Source: Podarcis cretensis
Taxonomy: Eukaryota
Length of the DNA stretch: 64,000 nucleotides
Direction: 5' to 3'
Assembly (NCBI GenBank): GCA_951804945.1
Contig: OX638154.1
Location: 35,402,001-35,466,000, forward strand
The notes under the pieces are model-generated. The model did no database searches. It saw nothing but the letters and a program-made list of their open reading frames with translations, and was not told the origin of the DNA. Below are positions 12,701 through 24,282 of this stretch, piece by piece; the stretch's first letter is position 1; the number at the start of each line of letters is the position of its first letter. A program made the translations under genes and the position numbers.

Positions 12701-13569
12701 GGATCTGTCAGTCTGATATTATAATCTGGCCATATGTGTCCTTTTGCTGTAGGAAAACAGCTTCCACAGGAGATGGGGATTAGAGTCCTGCTCTTTAGGA
12801 AAACATTCAGGATTGGACAGAATGTGTGTGTGCCCCTCTCCTGGTAAACTGGACCAATCAATATCTTAAGTGGCAAGCTTATAAAAAGCCACTGAGGGAG
12901 TCTTACGTTGACAGTTTCGCTTTGGTATAAACACTAAATCATTGAACAATTTGAACAGAACCAGGAATAATAAGGTGGCTACTTGGCAGCAATGGGGTGA
13001 TCTTGACTCTCTTGAAAAATTCTTGCAGAGCATTTAAAGGACATTCAAGGTTGGTGGTCAATAAATAACTAGGCCAGGAAGCTGTGTGTGTGCTTGCTAG
13101 GTTCTTGTTGTCATGGCAACAGAGAAGAAATACATATAAGCCCCAGGCTGTGTCCAGAATAGGAGTTTGAGCAGTTCTTAAAATGGATGTTAGATCACCA
13201 AGCTGGCAATTACCAGTCAACTCGGCCAACACAGGTTTAGTACAACACAACTTGTGAAAGTGCTGATAGAAATGGATCTGTAAATCATTAATGTTTTCTC
13301 TTGCTATTTTTGTCTAATAAATGAGACCAATATTTATTTGTTTATTTACATTTGCCAAGGGTCTGGATTTAGTACTATCTTATGTTAGCACTTATATAAC
13401 TGTCACTGCTTTGCTCATAGGTTTGAAACTGTTTTTATTGGTTTTATAGCTTGAAAATAAAGAGTTGAGAAAACTCTTAACAATCAGCAGAGAATCTATT
13501 GAGGTGAGGCAAGAAGAAATGCCTGATGGTGCTTCTCAATCCACAAAGCAACTGCCTTTGAATAGTTGA
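7344..13569 (+). CDS. SIKE1: Suppressor of IKBKE 1 (SIKE/FGFR1OP2 family coiled-coil STRIPAK subunit), spliced CDS join(7344..7502,7616..7721,9278..9420,10290..10403,13450..13569), 213 aa
   Basis: Translation [33 protein letters not shown]...[44 protein letters not shown]...[17 protein letters not shown]...LNS*. All introns are GT-AG and in phase (159+106+143+114+120=642 nt). Position directly upstream of CSDE1 favours SIKE1 over FGFR1OP2. Confidence 0.95.
7616..7721 (+). CDS. SIKE1: SIKE1 coding exon 2
   Basis: [35 protein letters not shown]; acceptor ttacaag, donor GTGAGC. Confidence 0.93.
7979..8278 (-). mobile_element. LINE (L2-like) 3' end with (AAT)n microsatellite
   Basis: (AAT)n run followed by TTTATATCCCGCCCATCTGGC...; body GAAGGGCGTTCCACAGGG resembles squamate L2 3' ends (recalled). 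Confidence 0.55.
9278..9420 (+). CDS. SIKE1: SIKE1 coding exon 3
   Basis: [28 protein letters not shown]...QAQSA; acceptor ttttcag, donor GTAAGG. Confidence 0.95.
9702..9760. repeat. (TC)n(AC)n compound microsatellite
   Basis: Seen directly in the sequence. Confidence 0.9.
10290..10403 (+). CDS. SIKE1: SIKE1 coding exon 4
   Basis: [38 protein letters not shown]; acceptor cttacag, donor GTAAGA. Confidence 0.95.
10951..11155. mobile_element. Penelope-like fold-back retroelement remnant with damaged hammerhead motif
   Basis: 13-bp direct repeat CTTTGAAAGTCAG at 10938-10950 and 11156-11168; 52-bp inverted arms; same family as the copy at 62873-63160. Confidence 0.7.
11915..12144 (-). mobile_element. 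tRNA-derived squamate SINE (Squam3-like)
   Basis: Reverse strand begins CCAGTGTGGTGCAGTGGTTAAGAGCGGTGGACTCG; body homologous to the 7070-7258 copy. Confidence 0.65.
13450..13569 (+). CDS. SIKE1: SIKE1 last coding exon
   Basis: [39 protein letters not shown]; acceptor ttttatag, TGA at 13567-13569. Confidence 0.92.
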   Translation, partial: LENKELRKLLTISRESIEVRQEEMPDGASQSTKQLPLNS

Positions 13570-15586
13570 TCTCTGAAGCTGGTAAACTGCACTGCAGGAA
13601 GGAGTGTGCTTATTTTACAAGCTGTTCTTTTAATTCCCTCACGTCTCCGTTTGGGTATCATTCCAGCCTTTTGCTATATTATAGACTGTGCTTTGTGCAT
13701 AGCTGCTGAAATGACTCCCTCTGCAGGCTAAGCTTTGCCCTGCTTAATCATGCAGAGGAGTACTCATGCAGCTGTAGTCCTAAGCAAATGCTTTCTCAGG
13801 GTTATCCTTGCTTTCAGAAATCTCAGTTGGATAGGACAATTTGATCACTTTTGGCTTTTCCAGTGTAAGTACATTTCTTTAAAAGTCAGACTTTTATAGG
13901 AAATGCAGCAAAATAGTCCAAACAGACTTATTTTCTTAGAAGTTTATTTACTTTCAAGCAAATAATGCCTAAGATAAATTGTCATGCAGAATTTAGGCAC
14001 TCCCGTTCTTAATTTGATTTAATTAATTGTCTAAGCAGTATTTTTGTTCCATTTAACTACTGTGTACCAAAATTACTTCTCTTGAATACATCAACCAATA
14101 TAGAAAGTAATGCACAATTATCTGTAAAAGTATTCTCTGAAACCCTACATGTGTGAGTGCAGTGGTTGCACACAGAGAGATCTCATAATGTATAGCAGAA
14201 TCTTGCATTTAGCACCCTGTCTAACATGCCATACCATTATGGAGGTCCTTGAATGTCTCATGTATTTCCATCCATTCCTCCTTTCCCTCTCCCTCCCCAA
14301 CTCAAGGAATCTGAGCTCATGTTCCTTCACTGAACAGAGCTGGCATGTACAGACCTCAAATTCCTTGTAATTGCTTGTTGAGGGTCAGGGGGCAAGATAT
14401 CTGTTAAATCCCTTGGAGACTCCTCTGTGTGCAGGCATTGCTCTTGCATGGGGAAGAAATCATGCCCCATCTATTCATGTTTACATAGTACTGAAATGAT
14501 CTAGAATGATGACTCTTCCAAAAGCAGCATCCTTTGGAACTTCATGCTAAGTATTTCAAAATTTACTCTTTGCGAGGTATTGATAGTAAGATGCTGCTGT
14601 TTCTAGATTTCCCCCCTTTTCTTCTACTTGAGACTTCAGATGGGTGCTGCATGGAATCTTGTTTGTGTACTTTATTGAAGATCTTGTCTTCATGCTGAGT
14701 AGTTAAGGAAAGCATACACCAAACAGACTTGAAGACAAATAAATTATAAAGTGATTGTATAGGAACCTAGCCAAGTCCTGTCTTCATTTATAGTGCTCTG
14801 CAGTTTATTGTGTGTTCTTCTTAGCTGCTCGCTTGCAGACTCTCACATCCTCATACCTGATAGATTCTATGACTGTCTCAACATTGTGCTTGTGATTGTG
14901 GAGCTAGAACTGGAGACATGTCTAGCCTGTGTGGTCACATCTGTATAAATGTATTTGTCCCATAGCATGCTTCCATCTTGTACAGCATATTGCCTATTGT
15001 TAAAGTGTTGTAAACCATAATGAATGGGAAAGAAGATATTTCAGTATTTCTGCTTTCTACAGGTAAGTTTCAGAGTAGGATCAATTGCTCAGTGTTGACT
15101 TGAGCTTGCGGCACATGTCCTTTCCCCATGTTTATCGTCTTTCCCCATCAGTGTGGTGGAGATGAGAGCCGGGTTTATTTTTCAAATTCATCTTTTGGTG
15201 TTTTTAAATCCTTACCAGTCAGTTTTACTTTGAAGACTGAGCTGATAAAAGAGCTGCTGCTTTTGTGCATTATGCAAACATAACCTAATCAGCGGGACAG
15301 ATTCACCTGTATATCATCACTTTGCAGTGTAATGCCTTAAATATATGCCATCAGTGCCACCTTCAGAATCAAACAGGCTCTTGTTATGAGCGGCAACATG
15401 TGCTCAGTCCATGCATAGATTCTGGATTATTTTGTAAATACCCTTGAGGGATGTTACAATGTACATAAGTGAGTTACAGAGCTGTTGTGCTATTGTTTGC
15501 CATCTTATCTGCCTGCTCTGATCAGTGAATTCAATCTTGTCTTTACCTCTCAGGTATTAAATATGTATATTTGTTCATTTTCCTGA

Positions 15587-15592
15587 AATAAA
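15587..15592 (+). terminator. SIKE1: Probable SIKE1 polyadenylation signal
   Basis: AATAAA followed by GT/T-rich sequence (tatgttgtggcactttttgt), ~2 kb after the stop codon. Confidence 0.5.
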
Positions 15593-16795
15593 TGTTTTGA
15601 GGCAATATTATATGTTGTGGCACTTTTTGTACCGTGGATAATTTATGGACTTACTTTACCATTGGCCAGTACCATTGTTTGCTGATTAACCACTTGGACC
15701 ATTGCAAGTTACGTTCTGTATTTATCTGCAAATTAGGCTGAGTAAAAGGAACTGAAATTGGCATATGCTGGCTATAAATAGGTGTCTAGTGCAACCATGT
15801 TTATCAAACCAATTAAACCTTTAAGAATTTCATAAATGCCTATATTTAACTTTGTAAAACCAAGTTTTATTTCAGTCATTGACAGAAACAAAATGTACAC
15901 ATTCTCCTTCATACATGAGAATGACAAAAGCGAGCCTGTTTTCAAACCTAATTAGTAATTAGCTTTTCTCTAAAATATAGTCTAGGACACACAATATGAA
16001 ATACAGTAAGTTAAAAGTACAATTCAAGCTGTTACCACTGCAACAGTACAATCCTATACATGTCTACTCTATTAGGCCTCTAGCTGAAAATTGCTTTGCA
16101 GTTAACAGACACTGCAAGAATAAAATAACACCTTTGTTTTAGAAAATAGGCATTCAGTTACCAGCCCAATATTGCACCTAATTTTATAGTGATGCTCATA
16201 ATGGTTTGGACCTAAAAGTAGAGTGAGGTTGCTTTGGCTCATAGAAGGGGGCCTTGTTTGCACTCTTCATTGCAGCAACACCATACACCCTTAAAAATTA
16301 TCTCCTGAAGGTTGGAGAACGATTCAGTGGCTTTGGAGGGTGGGGAGAGACTACATTTGCAGAGGGGGGAATATGCAGAGGGGGGAATCATGAGTGTGCA
16401 GAAATACCTTCTGTGTGTGCATGTTGGGACTGGAGTCCAAGCCTCTGGTTGGTTCACTAAAAGCACTGCTTTTGAGTCAATAAGGACAGGGCATCCCAAC
16501 CTGCTTCAAGGTAATTCACTGACACAATCAGGGTTATGTCAACAGCCACTGTTGCTGGATATGGCATGCCAATATCCTGCATAGCTGTCACAAGAAGTAA
16601 TTTATGTGTGCTCCTAAATCCAGTTAAGGAAGTTGCATACCATATTTTGCTGATACATAGTAATTACTATTATGGAGTTGCAATTATAATCCAATGCGAC
16701 AGGCTAAACTAGTCTGACTAGCCTTGGTTTATTTACCCTACTTCCAAGCAAAGTGGTGTACCATGCAATGTTGCTGTTGTGTGGGAGATGATAGA

Positions 16796-16836
<41 letters not shown>

Positions 16837-16950
16837 CTAAGACTACTATGTGACACCTTGCACAGAGGACCCAATTTGTTTGTGTTTTATAGAAAAGGGA
16901 ACTGGAGGCTTCTTGGTGGTCAAAGGTGTAGGAAGCTGCAATTTCAATTT

Positions 16951-17132
16951 GGGGATCAACTGTAGCTCAGACAGAGCATCTGTTTTGCATGCAGAAGGTC
17001 CCTGGTTCAATTTCCAGGTGGGGCTGAGAGAGGTCCCTGCCTGAAACCCAAGAGAGCTGATGCCAGTCAAGGTAGACAGCACTGAACTAGATGGGCCAAG
17101 GGTCTGACTCAGTATAAGGCAGTTTCCCATGT
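16951..17132 (+). mobile_element. tRNA-derived SINE with CR1-like tail
   Basis: TAGCTCAG...GGTTCAATTTCC head and AGATGGGCCAAGGGTCTGACTCAGTATAAGGCAG tail; related copies at ~3830-3985 (-), 25159-25346 (+), 58746-58805 (-). Confidence 0.6.
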
Positions 17133-18399
17133 TGCAGGTAGGGCTACAGATACTCTTATTGTAAATGGAGCCAGCCATTCAGTAAGCTAGAACTAAAAAG
17201 GTGGAGCCAATAGGCAGCTCCTAAAGTGCAAGGATGTTTCCAGCAAGAACCTTGAGATATTTGTGGTGGTGAACAAAGGGGGATTTAAAATGTATTAGAG
17301 GAGGAAATGATAGCCCTGTGAAACATTATAAATCCTTTGTTCCCTGTCTTCTTGTCTCCGTTCATTTTTCTTACAGCCACCCTGTTCATGTGCCTTTTGC
17401 TTCCTCTGCATAAAGCATTGTTAATTCTCCCTCTGCCATTCCCCTTTTCTAGTCCCAAGTATTTTTGCAGGGGCCTTAGGGCATGCCCAAGCAGCTATTC
17501 CTCTGTGTTAATGAGACTCTGCTTACATAGGTTATTACACAAGCTGCTTTGACTCTTCACATTAGTCTGCAGCTGAAATAGCTTAGTTCAGACTGCTCAA
17601 CCTGCCTTATCAATGCTTCTTACTTCCAGGAAAAATAAGAGTAATGGAGGGATGAGAGGTGTGGAAAAGCACACTGTGCCAAACTAGGAAAGCTGACAAT
17701 AGTTATGGTTGCCAATGCAAGGTAATTCCCAGTGCCTTAGGCTACAAAACCCTACACATCATTCTGAATTGGATACATCTACCCATCTTACGTGAGGGAA
17801 AGGAAGTAGACGCAGGGCTGTCTGAGGGAAAGGACAAGATGGTTAACAGGTGAAGCTTATTCCTGCATGGAGATGTGTATAGCTTCCCCTGCTGAATCTT
17901 TCTGTTGTGCAGCTGCTTAGAAGTGCAAGAGGCATGCAAGAAAATAAAAAGCGGTATTCCTAGACTGCGGCCTGGAAACTGCCTGCATTGTAGGCATGTG
18001 AAATTATGCAGTGGGGTGGGGTAGGTGGTGCTAGCAGCCAACCATATGCCTATAGACATTGGGCATCCTGGCACTGGGGCTAATAGCCATAGGCATCTAA
18101 TTGGACAATATTGGAACAGGATGCTGGGCTAGATGGGCTGCTGGCCTAATCCAACCGGCTCTTGCGTGAGGGGTGATGGGAATTGGGAGTCCAGTCCAGC
18201 AACATCTGGAGGGTCACAGGTTTTCCGTCCCTGTTGCAAAACAACTGGACAGTTCACATCCTTCCGCGGAGGGTTTGCAATGTTATTGTGTCATTGTGCT
18301 GGTTTGATTAGGTGCCTTCCCTTTGCCGGGCTCATGGTTCTCATGACCTTTGTTACACATACACCCATCTTTTTCACATTTTGCAATAAAGATGCAATT

Positions 18400-19770
18400 C
18401 GTGCATCTCAATTCTGCACGGCGTCCCTTTAAACAGCGGCTGCCCTGAAAGGCGGCCAATAAGTAAACAGAGAGCAAAGGCGCGCATGCGCTTTTGCGTG
18501 GCTACTTATCCCGAAGCCTCCCTTAGAGCCCGAGCTCCCGCTTCCACCCCCCCGCCCGGCCTTGCTGCGCACGCGCGGAACCGCCCTCCTCTCTGCCCGC
18601 GAGTCTCGCGAGAAGCCGGGATTTATTCCTACGTGCTGTGCCGTGCTGCTCATGGCGGCGCTGGAGCGGGGGCGCTGAGCTGTTGGGGTAAGTGGGGTTG
18701 TCCCTGCCGGGAGGCCGGCAGCCTCCTCTGCCCGCCCGGCGCGACCTTGACAGTGGCGGGCAGGGAGAGCCGAGGGGGCTTGGAATGTCGCCTGTCACTC
18801 TGTCCCAGGGACCAACGGTCTAGCGCGGGGGGAACCCCTCCCCCACCCGCCGTGTGCCCTGCTCGTTTGACAGACGGGCGCAAAGAGGCGGGGGGGGCGG
18901 GAAGGGAAGGAGAAGCGAGAGAAAGGGAACCTTGCTGCGCCGAGCGGGCTCCCTCGCTCTCTTCTCTCCCTAGCTTCCGTTTGTCTCCAGGCAGGGGCCT
19001 AAAGAGAGGGAGGGAAAGGGAGCGGACTGGTGGGCCCGAAGCCCGACATCACTACGGCTCCCAATGTGTACCGCGCGACTGGCCTTCCCTCGCAAGGGCC
19101 GCTGGGGCTTGGAGTTCAGGGGCGCGGTGCTCTGGGCGGTCGCGGCGATGGAAAGCACTCCAACTCCCGGCGCGGCTCCTGTAAGCTGCGCGGCCACTGG
19201 GCCTTCTGGGGGGTGGAGTCCTGGCACCTCGTCTTCGGCGGAGCGGAGTGGGAGACGGGAACTACCTCTCCCGGCATGCAGCGTGCGGGTGCGGGGAGGG
19301 GAAGAGGAGGTCAATCTTCCTTTGTGTGAGGGGGAGCGGTCGCCATTTTCCTTCTCTCCCTCGCTCTACCCCCACCGCGCCCCAGCCTCGAGAGAGGGGC
19401 AGATAGTGGACACGCCCCAGGCGCCTGAGGGGAAGAACGTGCCCGTCGGTGTAACCGGCCGGAGGGGCGCCCAGGGCTGGATTCCGGCCTTGGCTCGCCC
19501 CCAGGCGCAGCAGGACTGGGGCTTTGGGTTTCCGCATCCTTTCTTTTTCGGATGCGGACCCCCGCCCCGCAAGCGTTAGATCGCCCCTCAGTAGTAGGAG
19601 CCACCATCTTGCTGCCTCAGTGCCATGTGCTGTGGCTTTCTTTAATGTGATGCTGCGGCACAGGGTGGAATGGCCACCCGTAGCTCCTTTCGCTCATGTG
19701 GGCAGCGGTAACGAAGCTGAGGAAACAGACGATTGTCTGGCACCGCTCTGCGGTCGTCAGAAATCCGTTT
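18400..19770 (+). promoter_or_regulatory. CSDE1: CSDE1 CpG-island promoter and non-coding exon 1 (ends 18687)
   Basis: CCAAT 18456-18460, NRF1 GCGCATGCGC 18482-18491, TCTCGCGAGA palindrome 18604-18613, YY1-like CATGGCGGC at 18651, donor GG|GTAAGT at 18688. Confidence 0.88.
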
Positions 19771-22634
19771 TGAGTGCTAACCCTACAACTAGGCAATTCA
19801 ATTCATTTGCTGCAATATAAAACTATAAAGGCATTGTAATCGCGCATTCAGATCTCAGAGCAATATTTTGAGGCTTTCTTCAATTATTATTACATACTGC
19901 CTAACCAACATATTCAACCTTTAGGTTATAAGCATTAAATAAGGGTGTAGTCTGATCCGTAAGCCCCCTTTAAGAATAAAGCCTTCTTAATTCTATTGGT
20001 GCCTTTGATTTGCTGGTGACTTTGTCTCCAAACGATGACTATATTTGCTGATTTACTCAGTGGGAAAGGGGTATATAACAATACTGAATTCATAAAAGCG
20101 ATATTGAGTTGCAGTGCACTCCTCTGTGTTCATATATATATACACACTTGGGAGTAAACCCGCTAAATTTGGTGGTCCTTTATCCTAAGTATATATGCAT
20201 GGTTACAGCTCAAACCCATACATGTCTGTTCAATAGGATTTGCACTCAAAAATGTTTAGGATTGCATTCAGCCTCTTGTATAATTTCCTTTAATTACTGC
20301 TATCTCTTAATTGCATGTGGATTCTTCTGATCTTGATTACCAATATTCTATTTAGCTGATACCAAACAATGTTTTCAAAGACAAAACTCTGGTAGATGTC
20401 TCTGGAAACATGTAGCAATGCCTTGTTAGTGTTGCAATCTAAATATGGCTGCCACAGCTTACATCAGCTGTGTAGACAATGTACAGAAAACTTGACTCAT
20501 GTCAACAAAGTACAAAAAAACAAACAAAGATCACTTAAGTCATAAGGGGGGAATACAATTGAACTTGCTTTTTACTGTGCCTAACTTGAGCTAATCCTTT
20601 GTGGATTTATGTGTTATCCCAGAGTCTGCTGCATTGGAGGCTTGGCAGCTGCACTGGGTGTTTGCCATTGGGAGGAGTATTTATAGCAGCTGAGCTGAAA
20701 AGTAAAGAATTTAAAGCACAGACATACACACTACTGATTTCACTGAACTACAGTCCAATGCTTCACAACATGGGAGAATCAACATATTTTGCCACCAAGT
20801 ACAGGGAATAGTTAGGTTTAAACTGATTTAGAAGCAAGCCCCTCTGAGCTTGGGAGTTCTGTGTAAAATATGCATAGGAATTAAGACTACATTCAGTGGA
20901 ATAGGCACTCTTAAGCATGCTTATGTTGAAGTAACAACTTTGTTTTAGTCAAATTTAATTTCAAGGATGTGCTTAGTAGTACAGCATAACAGCATTCTAG
21001 ATTACACCAGCTAAACTAACCTGGTTCTGTTCTTACAAAAATGTTCAATTTTCTTATCCTGCATGCTGACCTTCCTACTTTGATTGGCTAGGAGAGATTT
21101 GGGATGTTCCTTTTTTGCCTTACTAAGTTTCTTGGACTGTTTTTAACTGTGCTAACTGTACATCAGCAATAATATATGGAAACACTTACTATTCAAGAGA
21201 TGTTGTCTTTCCTCCATAATATGTTGTCTTTCCCCAAAACATTGTGGGTTAGGAAAGACTACAGAAGTATAAAAACAAAGATGTGGGGTTTTTGTTTTTT
21301 TAAAAAACTATTTACTCATGTTATCTAGCTCTTTCTGCTCATTCCCCTCTCAAGATCACAATACTTTTTCACTCTCCTTCCCTTTATGTTAACTGGCTCA
21401 GCTGTTGCACAGTATCATTCTGCATTCCATGTCCAGTGAAGTTTGGATGCTGAAAAAAATTATCACTAGGTTCAGATTTATCTATCCGTTACTGCATCAT
21501 CCTGACTCTATCATATAGGAAAAGAAATATGTAGCCCCTTCATTAATGAGAAAATACGTTACATAGATGCTGTTGATTATTTATTAATTATTAGTGTATT
21601 ATAAAAGACAAAGTAATAAAAGCTAGTTAAAAACCATAATTAAAATACACCAAAACATACGTCTAGAGACAATGAAGACAATGAATGAAACAAACACTAA
21701 TAGATGTACTGCTGGATAAGTGTTTAATGGTTATTGTATTTGTTTAAAAACCAATTAAAAATTGTGTGGTTTGGTTTGGTTTTTTAAAAAAACTCATTAA
21801 AACCAGCAGTAAAATACAGTTTGCCATGGCAGTGGCCCAGTGGTCAGTATTGTCTGCACCTTAGTTTTCAAAGTCCTGTTTAAATAGGAAGGTCCTGGCC
21901 TGCCAGCGGAAGAGGAAGCCAGTCTAACTTCTTTTGGGTGGGAATCCCATAATATGGGAGCAGGCTCAGAAAAGGCTCTCTTGTGTCTCCACCAACCATG
22001 TTGATGGAACCGAGAGAAGGTGTTCACCTGATATTCTTAGCACCCAGGCAAGTGTGTGTGTGGAATGTACTGTTTCTTCCTAGTGCATTGGGTTTGGAAA
22101 CAAGTTCAAATACACAACTTAAAATGTAACTTTTGCATTTGTCTTCTTCTATAACTGGCAGGCTCAGGATGAAAAACAAATGAAAACAAAAATATACTTC
22201 CATGTTTCAACTCTTAAATCTTTTAGCAGTTTTCTTTGGTATTGGCCCAGATAAACTGCAGGGATTGGTTTGGACAAGCAGCTTACAGCTAATTTTTGTG
22301 CTACCTGCGTAGTTATGCTTGTTGTTGATATTATATAATAGCTTTAAATATTACAAATTATTGTACTGTTACGTTAGAGCATGATAATATCAACATTTTT
22401 AGATTACCATACTGCTTTCCTAGAAAGCAAGTAAAAGTTTGTTTTCAAAAGAAATAGACATTTCACATATGCTTTTGCATATCTGTGGTGATTCGTGTTT
22501 GTCTCTAATCTCTATTCCTGAAGCAACAGGAGTTTATATTCTAGTTGTGAAAATGTTCATGACTCAAATACATGCTTATAAACGTATTGAAACTGGTTAA
22601 GAAAGCCTGATTACTATATAAGCATTAGAATTTA

Positions 22635-22871
22635 CAGTGGTGCCTCGCAAGACGAAATTAATTTGTTCCGCGAGTTGCTTCATCTTGCAATTTTTTCGTC
22701 TTGCGGAGCGCAGATTCCCCGGGTATTAACGGCTTTAAGAAAAAGGAAGCAAACCCGCAAGACGTTTTCGTCTTGCGCAGCAAGCCCATAGGGAAATTTG
22801 TCTTGCGAAGCACCTCGAAAAACGGAAAACCCTTTCGTCTTGCGAGTTTTTCGTCTTGCGGGGCACCACTG
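22635..22871. mobile_element. Tigger-like MITE
   Basis: TA|CAGTGGTGCCTCGCAAGACGAAA ... TTTCGTCTTGCGGGGCACCACTG|TA. Confidence 0.8.
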
Positions 22872-23085
22872 TACTGGTAATTTCTGAGATTCTAACCAGA
22901 TGTTATGTTCAGTGCAATTTAGGATTTGAGCTTAGTAAAAAGGTAGAAGCTTTTTTCAAGCATCAGTAAAACCTTGGAGCTGTGAGAAAGATCTGCGCAG
23001 AAGGATGGGATCACATCTGTTAAGTGTCCAAAATGTCTAAAAGTTGTGGCATAATAGACTTCTTATTTGTTTGTTTTCTCTCCAG

Positions 23086-23477
23086 TATGAAGTGTAACAG
23101 AACAGAATTTACCACCTGAAACTGCTGCTTCAAGTTCAGATCAGGAAAGGAACACATCACATCGTAACAACAAAACAAGACCAAAGAAGAGTAAAATTTA
23201 CACTGAAGACACAACACTTGATCTGAAACAAGAAGTTTGTGCCTACTCAACAGCTTCAAAAGAGCACGTCCCAACGCTGCTAGTAGTCTTTGTTTTCTTC
23301 AGTGCTGTGCTGAAACTGCCCAGTGCAGCACCAGTTATTCCTTATTAGCTTGATAGATCACTTGTCTCTTGCTATCTCTTTTTTTTAACAATAGCAATCT
23401 TCAAACTTTGAAACGTGTGCTGAAACGAAGAATTCGCGAATACTACTGAAAGTGCAATATTAGAATATCACTGCGAG
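23086..23477 (+). other. CSDE1: CSDE1 non-coding exon 2 (5'UTR, UNR IRES region)
   Basis: Acceptor ttttctctccag, donor GAG|GTTGGT. Sequence TATGAAGTGTAACAGAACAG...TATCACTGCGAG closely resembles the mammalian UNR 5'UTR exon as recalled. Confidence 0.88.
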
Positions 23478-24156
23478 GTTGGTGCATGTACTCGTTAAAA
23501 CAGTAATAGATACTGGAATTAAAACTACTGTTTGACATGAGTTTAAATAATGCTTTTATTTAAATCCTGACTGCCTTCATTTGGTCAGAATATCAAAAGC
23601 GGAGCTAACATCTGGCTGTGGTGCTTATGTTTTTAAATGATTTGAGTTCATCAGTATTGCCATTTGGTTATATTTGCTGAGCTAACTGTGGAATGCAATC
23701 TTATCATTGTAGCTATTTCATTAAGCTTTCTGCTACTATTTTCCAGTTTCTCCCTTTTGAAATCAGTTTACTCTAATGCTATAAGTCTGGATCTCAAACT
23801 TTCTCCATATCCTTCTCCCAATTACTAGTATCGGTCAGTGAGTCTCCATTTCATAAGCTGATAGGTTTAAATGTTAATTGTCTGCTATAAGGACAGCTGA
23901 ATTAATAGTAACCATGAGTTCAGTTAGCATCCAGCTTCTGCTCTCCATTTCAGAACCCCTCTTGAGGTAAAATAAAGCTATTAAATGCTTCCTTAACTAG
24001 CACATCAATCCCTTCTTGTCTTAGTATGTTAGGAGGCTGCCAGAATGGCAGCTTTTTATGACACTGGATAAGTGGCAGATATACATTGACAAGGTTGTCT
24101 TGTTTGATTTTGTTATATGCAGCATTATAAAATTAAGTTGAAACAGGCGTAAAAAT

Positions 24157-24282
24157 ATGGCAAGCACCTGGAAAGAATTTGTTGAATTTTCCATGCCGTC
24201 TTCTCCCCCTACTGCATACGTTAGTGCCAACCTGGGCAATGCATCTCCAGTCGGACTGAATTTATCACCTTATGGCCAATCA
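24157..24282 (+). CDS. CSDE1: Candidate alternative N-terminal coding exon of CSDE1 (MASTWKEFVEFSMPSSPPTAYVSANLGNASPVGLNLSPYGQS)
   Basis: ATG in aatATGG context, 42 open codons, phase-0 donor GTAAGT at 24283 that joins in frame to downstream CSDE1 exons. Confidence 0.7.

Noticed and set aside
16951-17020. tRNA-Cys-like sequence (also at ~25159 and ~58746)
   Set aside because: Degenerate cloverleaf continuing into a SINE body; these are SINE heads, not tRNA genes
18486-19607. Long overlapping ORFs (up to 232 aa) on both strands
   Set aside because: Low-complexity Arg/Gly/Pro/Ala products expected from a stop-poor CpG island; the same applies to ORFs at 6293-7063 and 50804-52205
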